A DNA stretch of 64,000 nt from Anaerolineae bacterium (GTDB taxonomy: Bacteria; Chloroflexota; Anaerolineae; UBA1429). The notes under the pieces were generated by a model. It did no database searches. It saw nothing but the letters and a program-made list of their open reading frames with translations, and was not told the DNA's origin. Location of the stretch: contig OY776562.1 of NCBI GenBank assembly GCA_963675785.1, positions 672,001-736,000 on the forward strand, read 5' to 3'. Shown piece by piece: positions 28,272 to 37,699 of the stretch (positions are counted from its first letter, which is position 1; each line of letters begins with the position of its first letter). The position numbers and the translations under genes were made by a program.

Positions 28272-30023
28272 ATGTTCAGGCAATTGCGACGTGCTGCCGC
28301 ATACATTCGGCCGTATTGGCGATATATGCTGGTTGGCCAACTGGCTATGCTGGTGGTCACAGCAGCAAGCCTTGCTTTTCCGACACTCATTGGCGACCTG
28401 ACCGATATGCTGGCTGTTGGTGTGGTTTGGGCCGAAATGAGTCGTACAGCATGGATTCTCGCGGCTATTCTGGGGGTTCAAGCTTTGGCGGACTATGGGC
28501 AGACGTTGACGTTGGGCTTTATGAGCCAGCGTATTTTGGGCGATCTTCGCTCGCGCCTTTATGAAAAGCTTTTATCGCTCTCGCTGGATTATTATGCGAA
28601 TAAAGAGTCAGGAGACCTCGTTTCCAGCATGACCAACGATATTACGGTGTTTCAGCAAGGGCTAACAACTGGCCTGACCTATGTGCTGCAAAAGGGGCTT
28701 TTGCTGATCGGCATTGTTGCCTTGCTGCTTACCGTCGATCCCCTCATGACCGCGGCGCTGTTTGCCATTCTCCCCCCCGTGGTTCTCATTGCCACGAAAA
28801 AGGGCGGCCAGGCGCGTAAAATCTCTCGCCGTGCCCAGGAATACTTGGGCAAGTTGACCAGTCATATGAGCCAGACCCTGGCCGGCATGACGGTCATCAA
28901 GGCTTTTACCCTCGAAAAGCAAGCTGATAGCATGTTCGAACACATCAATTCGGGCGTGTTGGCTGCCTCCAATGACAATGTGCGTGTCAAGGGATCGACC
29001 AACCTGATGGTGGGCTTTTTGAGTACGGGGATTATCGTAGGGGTTGTGGCGTTAGGTGCATTCCGTGTCTCCACCGGGGTCATGAGCGTGGGCGAACTGA
29101 TGTCCTTTCTGCTCTACGCCGAGATGGCGGTAACGCCATTGGCCCTGTTTGCCAGTTTGCAGGTCGAGATCAACCGTGCACTTGCCGCCTTTGACCGCAT
29201 TACCGATATTTTGGATACCGAACCCGAGATCATTGATGGCCCCAGCTCGATCACGCTGGACAAAGTGAGCGGCCAAATCGAGTTCAGGGATGTAGATTTT
29301 TCCTATGACCATGAGCACCTCGTTCTAGAGCACATCAATTTGATCATCAGACCCGGCGAGACGATAGCACTTGTGGGCCCTAGCGGTGTAGGTAAATCCA
29401 CTTTGGCTAGGTTGATCCCGCGCTTCTATGATCCTACCGGGGGTGAGGTTCTGCTCGATGGCGCAGATATTCGCGGACTCTCATTGCAAGAGCTGCGTTC
29501 TTATATTGGCATCGTGCCGCAGGATACCTACCTGTTCGATATGACCATTGCCGAAAATATCGCTTGTGGTAGCCCCAATGCCAACAAGGAAGAGATCATC
29601 AAGGCGGCGCAATTGGCCTTTGCTGACGAATTCATCACTATGCTGGATGGAGGTTATGATGCCATGGCTGGTGAGAGAGGAGTGAGGCTTTCAGGTGGGC
29701 AAAAGCAGCGCTTGGCCATCGCCAGGGCTTTTCTCAAGGATCCACGAGTGCTTATTCTGGATGAGGCGACTTCTGCACTAGACACGGCCTCAGAAGAGCG
29801 CGTGCAACAGGCTTTGGATCACCTTATGAAGGGCCGTACCACGATCATCATTGCCCATCGCCTGTCGACCATTCGTAACGCCGATAAAATCGTCGTGCTG
29901 CAAGATCACGGCATTTTGGCTGTGGGTACGCACGAGGAATTGATGCGGGATTGCCCCTTTTACGCGGGGCTCTATCAAAAGCAATTCGCAACTCCGACGG
30001 CTCCACTGCAAATTGCTTCTTAA
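28272..30023 (+). CDS. ABC exporter, fused permease/ATPase (MsbA/Sav1866-like)
   Basis: N-terminal TM domain, GPSGVGKST, LSGGQKQR, ILDEATSALD, IAHRLST; ATG 28272. Confidence 0.93.
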   Translation: MFRQLRRAAAYIRPYWRYMLVGQLAMLVVTAASLAFPTLIGDLTDMLAVGVVWAEMSRTAWILAAILGVQALADYGQTLTLGFMSQRILGDLRSRLYEKLLSLSLDYYANKESGDLVSSMTNDITVFQQGLTTGLTYVLQKGLLLIGIVALLLTVDPLMTAALFAILPPVVLIATKKGGQARKISRRAQEYLGKLTSHMSQTLAGMTVIKAFTLEKQADSMFEHINSGVLAASNDNVRVKGSTNLMVGFLSTGIIVGVVALGAFRVSTGVMSVGELMSFLLYAEMAVTPLALFASLQVEINRALAAFDRITDILDTEPEIIDGPSSITLDKVSGQIEFRDVDFSYDHEHLVLEHINLIIRPGETIALVGPSGVGKSTLARLIPRFYDPTGGEVLLDGADIRGLSLQELRSYIGIVPQDTYLFDMTIAENIACGSPNANKEEIIKAAQLAFADEFITMLDGGYDAMAGERGVRLSGGQKQRLAIARAFLKDPRVLILDEATSALDTASEERVQQALDHLMKGRTTIIIAHRLSTIRNADKIVVLQDHGILAVGTHEELMRDCPFYAGLYQKQFATPTAPLQIAS

Positions 30024-30053
30024 CGAAGATGATATTGCGTGCCGGGCAGGTTT

Positions 30054-30389
30054 CTAGAGGCCCGGTATGTCCATTTTACTCAAGAATCCGCTGACCCAAT
30101 CTATAGCCGTTTGCAGACCATTGATGATCGAATCTGCAATCTGGGCAGGGGGAAACAAGAGGTACAGTAGCACAAAAAGCACAATGGCGAGGATGCCAGC
30201 GGTCAACCAGACGGGGCGGGCAGATTTGAGCTGTATGCCGCATTCCGGGCAAAAACGGTGATGCCCAGCAACCACATGGCCATTGGGGCATACTACCTGG
30301 TCTCGAAGGGGCATCTTTTGTCCGCATATCGGGCAATAAACCAACAAACGATCTGTTTCTATATGGTGTCCAGCGGGACAAGTAGGCAT
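30054..30389 (-). CDS. Double zinc-ribbon membrane protein
   Basis: CPAGH..CPICG and CPNGH..CPECG followed by a TM helix. Confidence 0.8.
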   Translation of the reverse strand: MPTCPAGHHIETDRLLVYCPICGQKMPLRDQVVCPNGHVVAGHHRFCPECGIQLKSARPVWLTAGILAIVLFVLLYLLFPPAQIADSIINGLQTAIDWVSGFLSKMDIPGL

Positions 30390-30399
30390 TGATTACCTT

Positions 30400-31188
30400 C
30401 TAGGGCTCTATATCGGCTACTGATTCGACGATATGTGTTGGCTGGTAGGCATATTTACCAACCTGTTCGCGCTTGGTAACGCCGCTCAACACAAGGATGG
30501 TCTCCAGGCCGGCTTCAACACCAGAGATGATATCGGTCATCATGTTATCGCCGATCATTACCGTCGTCTCTGAATGGACGCCGAGATAGTTTAAAGCGTT
30601 CCGCATCATCAGGGGGTTGGGCTTGCCAGCGATGAGGGCCTCTTTGCCGGTGGCTTTTTCTACCAGAGCTACCATGGCACCGCAAGCGGGTACGATACCG
30701 CCTTCAGCTGGGCCAACTGGGTCGGGGTTGGTGGCCACAAAGCGTGCCCCAGCGGCAACCAGCCGAATCGCTTTGGTTACTTCGGTCAGGTTATAAGAGT
30801 GGGTCTCTCCGAGGATGACATATTCTGGGTCGTGATCAGTGATGATATAGCCAATGTTGTGAATAGCTTCGGTCAATCCGCTTTCGCCAATAACATAGGC
30901 TGTGCTGTTGGGGCGCTGAGACCGCAGGAATTGAGCAGTAGCCATGGCTGAAGTGTAGATGTGTTCCGGTGTGACGGGCAGCCCAATAAGGTTGAGCCTG
31001 TGCGCTAGGTCGCCGGGGGTATAGATGGGATTGTTGGTGAGAACCAAATAGTGCGCCTGGCGCTCGTGCAGGCGTTCTATAAATTCAGCAGCTCCCGGTA
31101 TCGGTGTGTTGCCCCGTACCAAGACGCCGTCCATATCGATCAAATAGTTTTTCGGTTCGGGCATTGTTTTCTCCGAGTATTTCTTCAT
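30400..31188 (-). CDS. HAD-IIA family hydrolase (NagD-like)
   Basis: [35 protein letters not shown]. Confidence 0.92.
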   Translation of the reverse strand: MKKYSEKTMPEPKNYLIDMDGVLVRGNTPIPGAAEFIERLHERQAHYLVLTNNPIYTPGDLAHRLNLIGLPVTPEHIYTSAMATAQFLRSQRPNSTAYVIGESGLTEAIHNIGYIITDHDPEYVILGETHSYNLTEVTKAIRLVAAGARFVATNPDPVGPAEGGIVPACGAMVALVEKATGKEALIAGKPNPLMMRNALNYLGVHSETTVMIGDNMMTDIISGVEAGLETILVLSGVTKREQVGKYAYQPTHIVESVADIEP

Positions 31189-31288
31189 GATTTGATGTTA
31201 CCAGCGGCAGGCCCGGATGCCAAACCGCTGTTTGGTACACACAGAGAACGGCATTTTGTACAAGACCGTTCCCATCGTTTAGCATTTT

Positions 31289-32962
31289 TCACAACGCTAC
31301 TGTAATACCTTCCGGGGCCTCTATCCGCGTCTCTATTTTGCCTGATGCCGCGCGTTCATGGTGTACTTTTACCGGCCCGAGCGGCGTGGGAAAGGTGCCC
31401 TCTATCCATTTCAACTCTCCAAGATGCGGCTGTACTTGAATGGCCCTACAACCAGGCTCTAGTGGGCGAACGCCCAGCACATGCCGGCTGAGCCAGGCCG
31501 TAGGGCCTGCCGCCCAGCCATGGCACAGACTGTGTCGGTGCCCCACATAGCAATGGTCGCCGTATTCGGCATGGATGTCGTGTTTATCGGGTTCGGGCAG
31601 TTCGTCAATGCGTGTGGCGTTTTCGGCCCAGTCCAGATCGAAATGCTCCCAAAAGCTGGTGGCACCCAGGTCTAACATGCCGCCCCAGTAAGTGGAGATG
31701 ACCTCCAGGGCCTCATCATAACAGCCCAGTTGGGCCAATGCTTCCAGCACGTAATACCCGTAAAAGGTCGACAGGCGATGGGCGCCATCGGCCAGCAGGC
31801 ATTCGCGTACATCCTGAGCACTATGGGCAGTGTGGCCCAGCAGAGCCAAGGCAGCAGCCTGCTTGTTGACCCCCGTGGGTGGCTGGCTTTGTTGCAAACG
31901 CAGCAGTGCCTGTTGGCAAAGCACTGCCAAGCGATATTCGCCCAACGTCTCGCAGAGGAACGACCCCTTGCGTAGAGCCATGGCCATCAGCCCTTGCAGA
32001 CCCTGATGCACCGCCTCATCGTCACCACAAGAGGGCCAATCGATAAAACGGAATCCGTTCAAGGCTTCGGCGCCGTCTTGCCCAATTCGTTCGATAACCA
32101 GCGGCAGCAGACCACGCAGATAATCGCGCTGTTCCTCTAGATAGGCGCGGTTGCCGTGGTGCAGATACCAATCGTGTTGGATGATGATCCACCACAGCGA
32201 ATAAGAGGAGATGTTGTTCATCCAGCGCGGTAGCGGAAAGTCTCCACGCACCAAATCTAGGCTCTCTTCGACCAGAGGCTGGTGGCCAAAAACTGCCGAA
32301 ACCACGTCGGTTTCGGGGTGCATGTCACCGATCCACACCAGCCGGTCGCGTTTGATGCCGTCCCATAGCCGGGTTTGCATGTTGAGGTGCACGGTACGGG
32401 CGCCGATCTGCCAGATGCGATTGAGGCGTTCGTTATTGCAGGCAAACGAGCCCACCTGTTCGATATCACGGTATACGGCTATAGCTGGCGCAGCCCGCAA
32501 CTCGATGGAGGCGTCGGGCTCTTCCATATCGATGCGCACAAAGCGAAATCCTGTGGGGCCCAGTTCGGCCATGCCCAATTGCGGCACGCGCACAATGCTA
32601 TCGCGGATGGCGTGGTCGTTCTTGTGGTCGCGGCCTGGCGTAGTCCCTTGCGAATCGCTCATGGCCTCCGAGGCCGATTCGCCAAAGCGAATGCGCATAT
32701 GCACGGGCATCTTGGTGGACGACTGGCCGGTAACCAGAATGATGCCGCCGTGAATCTCCTGGCCGTAATCCAGCAGAATGGCCCCTCCCGGCCCCTGGCG
32801 GCGCAACACACAACTGTCACCTGCGCCCATGGTGGGCTGAGTGCGGGTGTTGTTCAGCAGTACCTCGGGGTTTTCGGGTTGGGTGTTGCCCAGCGTTTGC
32901 CATACCAGGCGCACCGGTGGCAACAGCTCGCGTACGCGTTCGTCGATGATACGTTCACTCAC
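31289..32962 (-). CDS. GH78-like alpha-L-rhamnosidase family glycosidase
   Basis: GFRFVRI, GSFACNNERLNRIW, DGIKRDRLVWIGD, GATSFWE, SLCHGW, PTPLG. Confidence 0.88.
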   Translation of the reverse strand: MSERIIDERVRELLPPVRLVWQTLGNTQPENPEVLLNNTRTQPTMGAGDSCVLRRQGPGGAILLDYGQEIHGGIILVTGQSSTKMPVHMRIRFGESASEAMSDSQGTTPGRDHKNDHAIRDSIVRVPQLGMAELGPTGFRFVRIDMEEPDASIELRAAPAIAVYRDIEQVGSFACNNERLNRIWQIGARTVHLNMQTRLWDGIKRDRLVWIGDMHPETDVVSAVFGHQPLVEESLDLVRGDFPLPRWMNNISSYSLWWIIIQHDWYLHHGNRAYLEEQRDYLRGLLPLVIERIGQDGAEALNGFRFIDWPSCGDDEAVHQGLQGLMAMALRKGSFLCETLGEYRLAVLCQQALLRLQQSQPPTGVNKQAAALALLGHTAHSAQDVRECLLADGAHRLSTFYGYYVLEALAQLGCYDEALEVISTYWGGMLDLGATSFWEHFDLDWAENATRIDELPEPDKHDIHAEYGDHCYVGHRHSLCHGWAAGPTAWLSRHVLGVRPLEPGCRAIQVQPHLGELKWIEGTFPTPLGPVKVHHERAASGKIETRIEAPEGITVAL

Positions 32963-34440
32963 AGTGTGAGGTCCTCCTCGTTGCTGCTGTAGTTGGCAGT
33001 ATCCGTTCTGGTATATAGGAATGTCGTCCAGGCGTAATCCAGCATTTCCTGGCCGTTGACGTCCGAGATGGCGCCCTTTTTGGGGCAGCCCGCCTCCAGC
33101 AACATCAGCAGACGTTCATCGTAGGGCACACTATCCAGCAGAAGCCAGCGATAGGCCCCGACGAGGCCGGCTTTGGCTTCTCCGCCCAGGCCCTGCCGCA
33201 GATCGACACAACCGTGAGTGGGTGTGCTCACTGTGCCGCGGGCGTAATAGTAGGCGCAGTTGAAATAATCTTCGGTGCCCGTGCCAATCCATGAAGGATC
33301 TTTGTCGCCATCGACGTAGATGTACTCGTTGCCTTCTTGGTTAAAGTAGGGTACTGAGCTGACGGGTGGGAGTTGTTCGGTGGTGAGATAGAGGCCTACC
33401 AACCGCCCACCGCCTTGGGCGTTGACCAGTTGGATTACTGTGCCGTAGGGCAGTCTGCGTCGGGTGGTTTTCACTTGCAGACGCAACGGCACAAGTTCGG
33501 TTGGTTCACTCAGGCTGTAGGCCCAGCCGAGGGATACGTTCGCATCGCCCTCGTTGCACAGCGTGATGCGGCAGCGTTCAAAGGGCATAGGCAACCCAAG
33601 CCAGCCCCGTCCATCGCCAAAACGCGCAAAGAGCGAGTGAACTTTTGCTGCTGCCGTACGCTGATAGAACAAATCCGCCAAGGGCACATCGATGGCTGGC
33701 TGTTTGGCGCCATCCCAATAGATGCGCAAGAGCAAGTTGTGTAGGGCGGACACGTTCGTGCTCAGGTCGAAGGCCATCAAGTCGAATCGTCCTGGCTCTT
33801 TACGGGTTAGCAGCGTTGTTTCTTGCCCGGCCGGGCAGTTGATGCTCTGCCAGTCGAGCGTCTCAGGCACATCGTTTTGTGTCCAGTGCTCGACGATCGC
33901 GGCTAGAGCAGCTTGCTCTGCCTCGCCAAATTCTTTGGGCATGGTTGTGACTTGCATATCGCTGCTATAGCTCAGGGCGTTGATCTGCCAATAAAAGCTA
34001 TGGGTATCGGATGCGGCGCGAACCACGCAGTGCTTGGCGTAGGGGATGGGCATATAGCTGACACGTCCTTCGCTGGAAGCCGGTGAATCGAGCACCAGGG
34101 GCGGCTGAAAATGCTCCAGCCCGCCCCCGAAAAATGCATTGATCGTGGTGCGGTAGCGTGGTGTGGGCTCATCGTCTAGCCAGATTTCCAGCGCGCCATC
34201 GAACCGTCCGCCCGTCCAAAAGCGGGTGATACATCCCGGTCCTTCTAAATCGACCAGCACATGCCAAGTCGTATCACCCTCGATTTCGTCCCGCTGAAAA
34301 TAGTTGCAATCGCGCGGGCCGTTTTTTTGATTGAAACTCGAGGCCATCAGGCAACGTTCTCCGGGCACTGCTGCTTGACAGAGCCACAACGGGTCGGCGA
34401 GGCGCGCCAAATAGGCGCACAGGTCGAATCGTTCAATCAC
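32959..34440 (-). CDS. DUF2961 (GH172-like) domain protein
   Basis: GPGCITRFW, LRIYWDG, LPMPF, EGNEYIYVDG, GTGTEDYFN, YRW. Confidence 0.82.
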   Translation of the reverse strand: MIERFDLCAYLARLADPLWLCQAAVPGERCLMASSFNQKNGPRDCNYFQRDEIEGDTTWHVLVDLEGPGCITRFWTGGRFDGALEIWLDDEPTPRYRTTINAFFGGGLEHFQPPLVLDSPASSEGRVSYMPIPYAKHCVVRAASDTHSFYWQINALSYSSDMQVTTMPKEFGEAEQAALAAIVEHWTQNDVPETLDWQSINCPAGQETTLLTRKEPGRFDLMAFDLSTNVSALHNLLLRIYWDGAKQPAIDVPLADLFYQRTAAAKVHSLFARFGDGRGWLGLPMPFERCRITLCNEGDANVSLGWAYSLSEPTELVPLRLQVKTTRRRLPYGTVIQLVNAQGGGRLVGLYLTTEQLPPVSSVPYFNQEGNEYIYVDGDKDPSWIGTGTEDYFNCAYYYARGTVSTPTHGCVDLRQGLGGEAKAGLVGAYRWLLLDSVPYDERLLMLLEAGCPKKGAISDVNGQEMLDYAWTTFLYTRTDTANYSSNEEDLTL

Positions 34441-34441
34441 G

Positions 34442-35569
34442 TCAGATGACCTCGGCGGGCGGCAAGTCGCACACCTCTTCCAGCGTGGTGGCGATGGCGT
34501 CGATCACTTTGAGGGAGACATCTGGTTCGGCCTCGGCATGCAGCATCAAGCCACCCTCGGGCAAGTAGAGCCCTTCGAATACCTCATGGATGTGATCTTG
34601 CACCTCTGCGGGTGAGGCAAAGGGAAACAATTGGCGGTCGAGATCCTGATTCAGTGCTACGCGCCCCATCGCCACTTGTTGCAGACCTTCCAGACCATTG
34701 GCCCGAATCTGCGGATTGAGCAGGGTTACGCCCGCTTCGATCAAGTCGGGGATGATCTCCAAAATATGCCCGTCGGTGTGCTGGCTAATTGGGATGCCGC
34801 GTTCGCGCATGGGCGCATACAGGTGCATGTAACTAGGCTTGATGTATTTGCGCCACATGCGCGGGCTCATGGGCAGCGATTTCTGCAGACCCAGGTCGCC
34901 AGCAAAAGACATATGTTCCGCGCCCATCTCGATGTACTTGTTGATGACCACCTGGTTATAGCCCTCTACCATGTCGATGAGCTTGAAAACGCGCGGGTCG
35001 CCGCTGCCTAGGTCCATCATCAGGTTGTCAAAGCCGTGCAGATAAAAGAGGTTCATGTACATGAACCCGTGGGGCAGCCCGGGGCCGGTGGCCAGGTCAC
35101 CACGCGCTTTGGCGGCTTCTATCTCGGCCTTGGCTTCAGCCCAGGGCCTGCGTGGTCCGAACCAGTCCTGCGTCATGGGGTTGGGCGGCGCATAGCTATC
35201 CAGGGCGGCCCAATCTTCCAAGGGGCCGCTGATGGCCATAGAATCGAGGCCGCGTTCACAGTTGTTCCAAACTACACCCCAGCAATCGATGTGTTCACCG
35301 AGTTCGTAGAGGGGATTTGTGCCGGGGTCGTCATAATCTTTGGTTCCGGCGGCAAAATCGGGCCACACGCGCGGGTGGGCTAACACAACGGCTTCCAGCT
35401 CTGCGCGGTATTTCATCCAGGTGGCCGGCATCAGGCTGAACTGGCATGGTGTCCAGTCAGGGTGGTCGAATTCGACCATCTTGATCCAGTTCAATGTGCG
35501 GGCATTGCGGCCCTCTCGGGATATGCTCAGCGGTCGCCGTTCTGTGTCTGACATTCGTTTCTCCTGCAT
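34442..35569 (-). CDS. Uroporphyrinogen decarboxylase-fold (UroD/MtaA-like) protein
   Basis: DCWGVVW, GFDNLMMDL, GDLGLQ...MSPRMWRKYIKP, HTDG, LNPQ, DLDRQ. Confidence 0.85.
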   Translation of the reverse strand: MQEKRMSDTERRPLSISREGRNARTLNWIKMVEFDHPDWTPCQFSLMPATWMKYRAELEAVVLAHPRVWPDFAAGTKDYDDPGTNPLYELGEHIDCWGVVWNNCERGLDSMAISGPLEDWAALDSYAPPNPMTQDWFGPRRPWAEAKAEIEAAKARGDLATGPGLPHGFMYMNLFYLHGFDNLMMDLGSGDPRVFKLIDMVEGYNQVVINKYIEMGAEHMSFAGDLGLQKSLPMSPRMWRKYIKPSYMHLYAPMRERGIPISQHTDGHILEIIPDLIEAGVTLLNPQIRANGLEGLQQVAMGRVALNQDLDRQLFPFASPAEVQDHIHEVFEGLYLPEGGLMLHAEAEPDVSLKVIDAIATTLEEVCDLPPAEVI

Positions 35570-35599
35570 CTTTTTTCAAGTGCTTGTTTGAATGAAATA

Positions 35600-36607
35600 C
35601 TAGAACTCGGGTGTTAGGGGAATCACCATATTCCAGGTTCGGCTGGCGTTGCGAAAGCCCCCCGGACCGTCGGCAGTGGCTGCGAACAGGTGCGTCGCCA
35701 TACCATCCTGGAACAAGAGCTGCGGCCGTTCCAGCGATCCTTGGGTCGTGGTAGTACCGTCATCCCAATGGATGACGCGGGAATAAGCCTTGGCTGGTTT
35801 AGAAAGTACCCAGTGGATAGCATCGCTGCTATAGGCATGGATGCCGGCGTGTTTTTCTCCACTGATGCCGCCGGTCATGTCCTTGGCTAGCAGCTCGAAA
35901 CGCTCGCCAGTCCACCAGATAAAGGGATCCTCGACATAATTGCCGTCTTCAAAGACCAACACTGGGTTGTCAGCAAGCCGTACAAAGGGAGATTCATAGT
36001 TGACCGCACGAGCCACGCCCAGGCGAAGCCCCTCTGGTGTGTTGGCGCGATAGAGCATGACGATCGAACCATCATCGAGAATGCAGGGGGCCGGGTTGGT
36101 GACGATGCTGCTATCCCATTTGCCGGATCTGGGCCTGAGGATGGGTTCGTCGCGGCGTTCCCAGGGGCCATCGAGGGATTTGCTGGTGGCCAGACCGATT
36201 TGGATGTTGGCATAGCTCTCGTTCTGTTTGGACGATTCTGCGGCGTCTTCTGGCGGCACGTGAGGGCCGCTCCAGGTGGAACCGATGTAGAACAAGAGAT
36301 AGGTATCACCCACTTGATGGATGGTGGGATTGTGGGTCATGCGGCCGTCCCAATAGGCCTCACCACGCGCGGGCAAGGCCACATCTTTAAAAGTGTAGGG
36401 GCCTTCTGGCGTGGGCGAGGTGGCGTGTACGATCTCGGAATAGAGTTTATAGCCCTCAAAAAAAGGGTATGTCTTGGGCCAGCGTGCGGCGTAAAGGTGA
36501 AAATCACCCTCGGGGCCGGCAATAGCTGAACCGCACCATATCCAATAATCATCCATGTAAAAGCCGCCATCGACGGGGGCCGGCTGTAAGCGCTTGATAA
36601 AGTCCAT
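35600..36607 (-). CDS. Five-bladed beta-propeller glycoside hydrolase (GH43/117/130 clan-like)
   Basis: WIWCGS, HNPTI, NPAP, EDPFIW, LERPQLL. Confidence 0.8.
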   Translation of the reverse strand: MDFIKRLQPAPVDGGFYMDDYWIWCGSAIAGPEGDFHLYAARWPKTYPFFEGYKLYSEIVHATSPTPEGPYTFKDVALPARGEAYWDGRMTHNPTIHQVGDTYLLFYIGSTWSGPHVPPEDAAESSKQNESYANIQIGLATSKSLDGPWERRDEPILRPRSGKWDSSIVTNPAPCILDDGSIVMLYRANTPEGLRLGVARAVNYESPFVRLADNPVLVFEDGNYVEDPFIWWTGERFELLAKDMTGGISGEKHAGIHAYSSDAIHWVLSKPAKAYSRVIHWDDGTTTTQGSLERPQLLFQDGMATHLFAATADGPGGFRNASRTWNMVIPLTPEF

Positions 36608-36756
36608 GATATTCTCCAGTCAGGTCGTACCTTCCATCCGTCGACAGATTAGCCCACCCTGTGTCTAGTTTCAAGCCCTTACGGTGACGAATCTCGTGTT
36701 TGCCCAAATTAACTGAACGAAGCACACTGTAACGGATTGCTAGAAGGGAGTATGTC

Positions 36757-37617
36757 TTGCGAACGTTCATGGATTGCTATGCTTGTTTTGTGGGCCAGGC
36801 TCTGGATGCTCTGCGTTTGGCTGGGGTCGAGGAATGCGTTCAGAAATCTGCCATGGAGAAGGTTCTGGCGTTGCTGCAGGGCCTGGAATTGACCACCACG
36901 CCGCCCGAGATCGGTCGTGACGTCCATGCCATCATCCGTAAAGTGACGGGGGTGGATGACCCTTACCTGAGCATCAAGACCGAAACCACTGGCATCGCCC
37001 TGGGGCTTTATCCTGCACTCAAAGAAAAGGTTGCGGTTTCGTCCGATCCGATAGATACGGCTATTCGTCTGGCTGTGGCCGGCAACATTCTCGATTCGGG
37101 TATCGCCAATCACACTTATGACATTATGGAGACCATCGAGCGGGCCTTGACGGACGATTTTGCCATTGATGATCGCCTCGCGTTGCGCCAGGCTTTTGAT
37201 AGGGCCGATTGGCTGCTCTATCTGGGCGATAACACTGGCGAAACGGTCTTTGACCGTATTCTTATCGAGACCTTGGCCATGCGCACCGTCTATGCCGTCA
37301 AAAGCGGTCCCATCCTCAATGATGCGACCCTGGCCGAGGCCCGCGATGCTGGGTTGGACGGCTGTGCCGAACTGGTGGAGACAGGGCTGCGCGCCCCTGG
37401 TTGCATCCTCGCCGATACTTCGGCAGCATTTCGCGAACTGTATGCTGCTGCGCCTCTGATCATCGCCAAGGGCCAAGGCAATTATGAGACGCTCAGCACT
37501 ACCAGTGATCCTCGTCTATTTCACTTACTTCAAGCCAAATGCCGCGTTATTGCTGCGGACCTGCGTGTTCCGCAATTCGGTCTTATCGTCGAGAGGTCTT
37601 TACGCAACCTTCATTGA
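36757..37617 (+). CDS. DUF89/ARMT1-like damage-control phosphatase
   Basis: N-terminal CYAC, AGNILD, DNTGE..FD, NDAT, KGQGNYE, AKC. Confidence 0.9.
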   Translation: MRTFMDCYACFVGQALDALRLAGVEECVQKSAMEKVLALLQGLELTTTPPEIGRDVHAIIRKVTGVDDPYLSIKTETTGIALGLYPALKEKVAVSSDPIDTAIRLAVAGNILDSGIANHTYDIMETIERALTDDFAIDDRLALRQAFDRADWLLYLGDNTGETVFDRILIETLAMRTVYAVKSGPILNDATLAEARDAGLDGCAELVETGLRAPGCILADTSAAFRELYAAAPLIIAKGQGNYETLSTTSDPRLFHLLQAKCRVIAADLRVPQFGLIVERSLRNLH

Positions 37618-37642
37618 CATGACCTTTACGCTCACCTAAACT
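37614..37642 (+). promoter_or_regulatory. Sigma70-type promoter for the giant surface protein
   Basis: TTGACA-17bp-TAAACT about 58 bp before the ATG. Confidence 0.65.
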
Positions 37643-37699
37643 GCAAAAGATAGTTTTCACTGTTAGTTTGCTAACCTCACACAATAGGGAAGAGGCCTT

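Noticed and set aside
34442-35569. Calling the UroD-fold gene hemE
   Set aside because: No N-terminal RQAGRY motif and no tetrapyrrole gene context.
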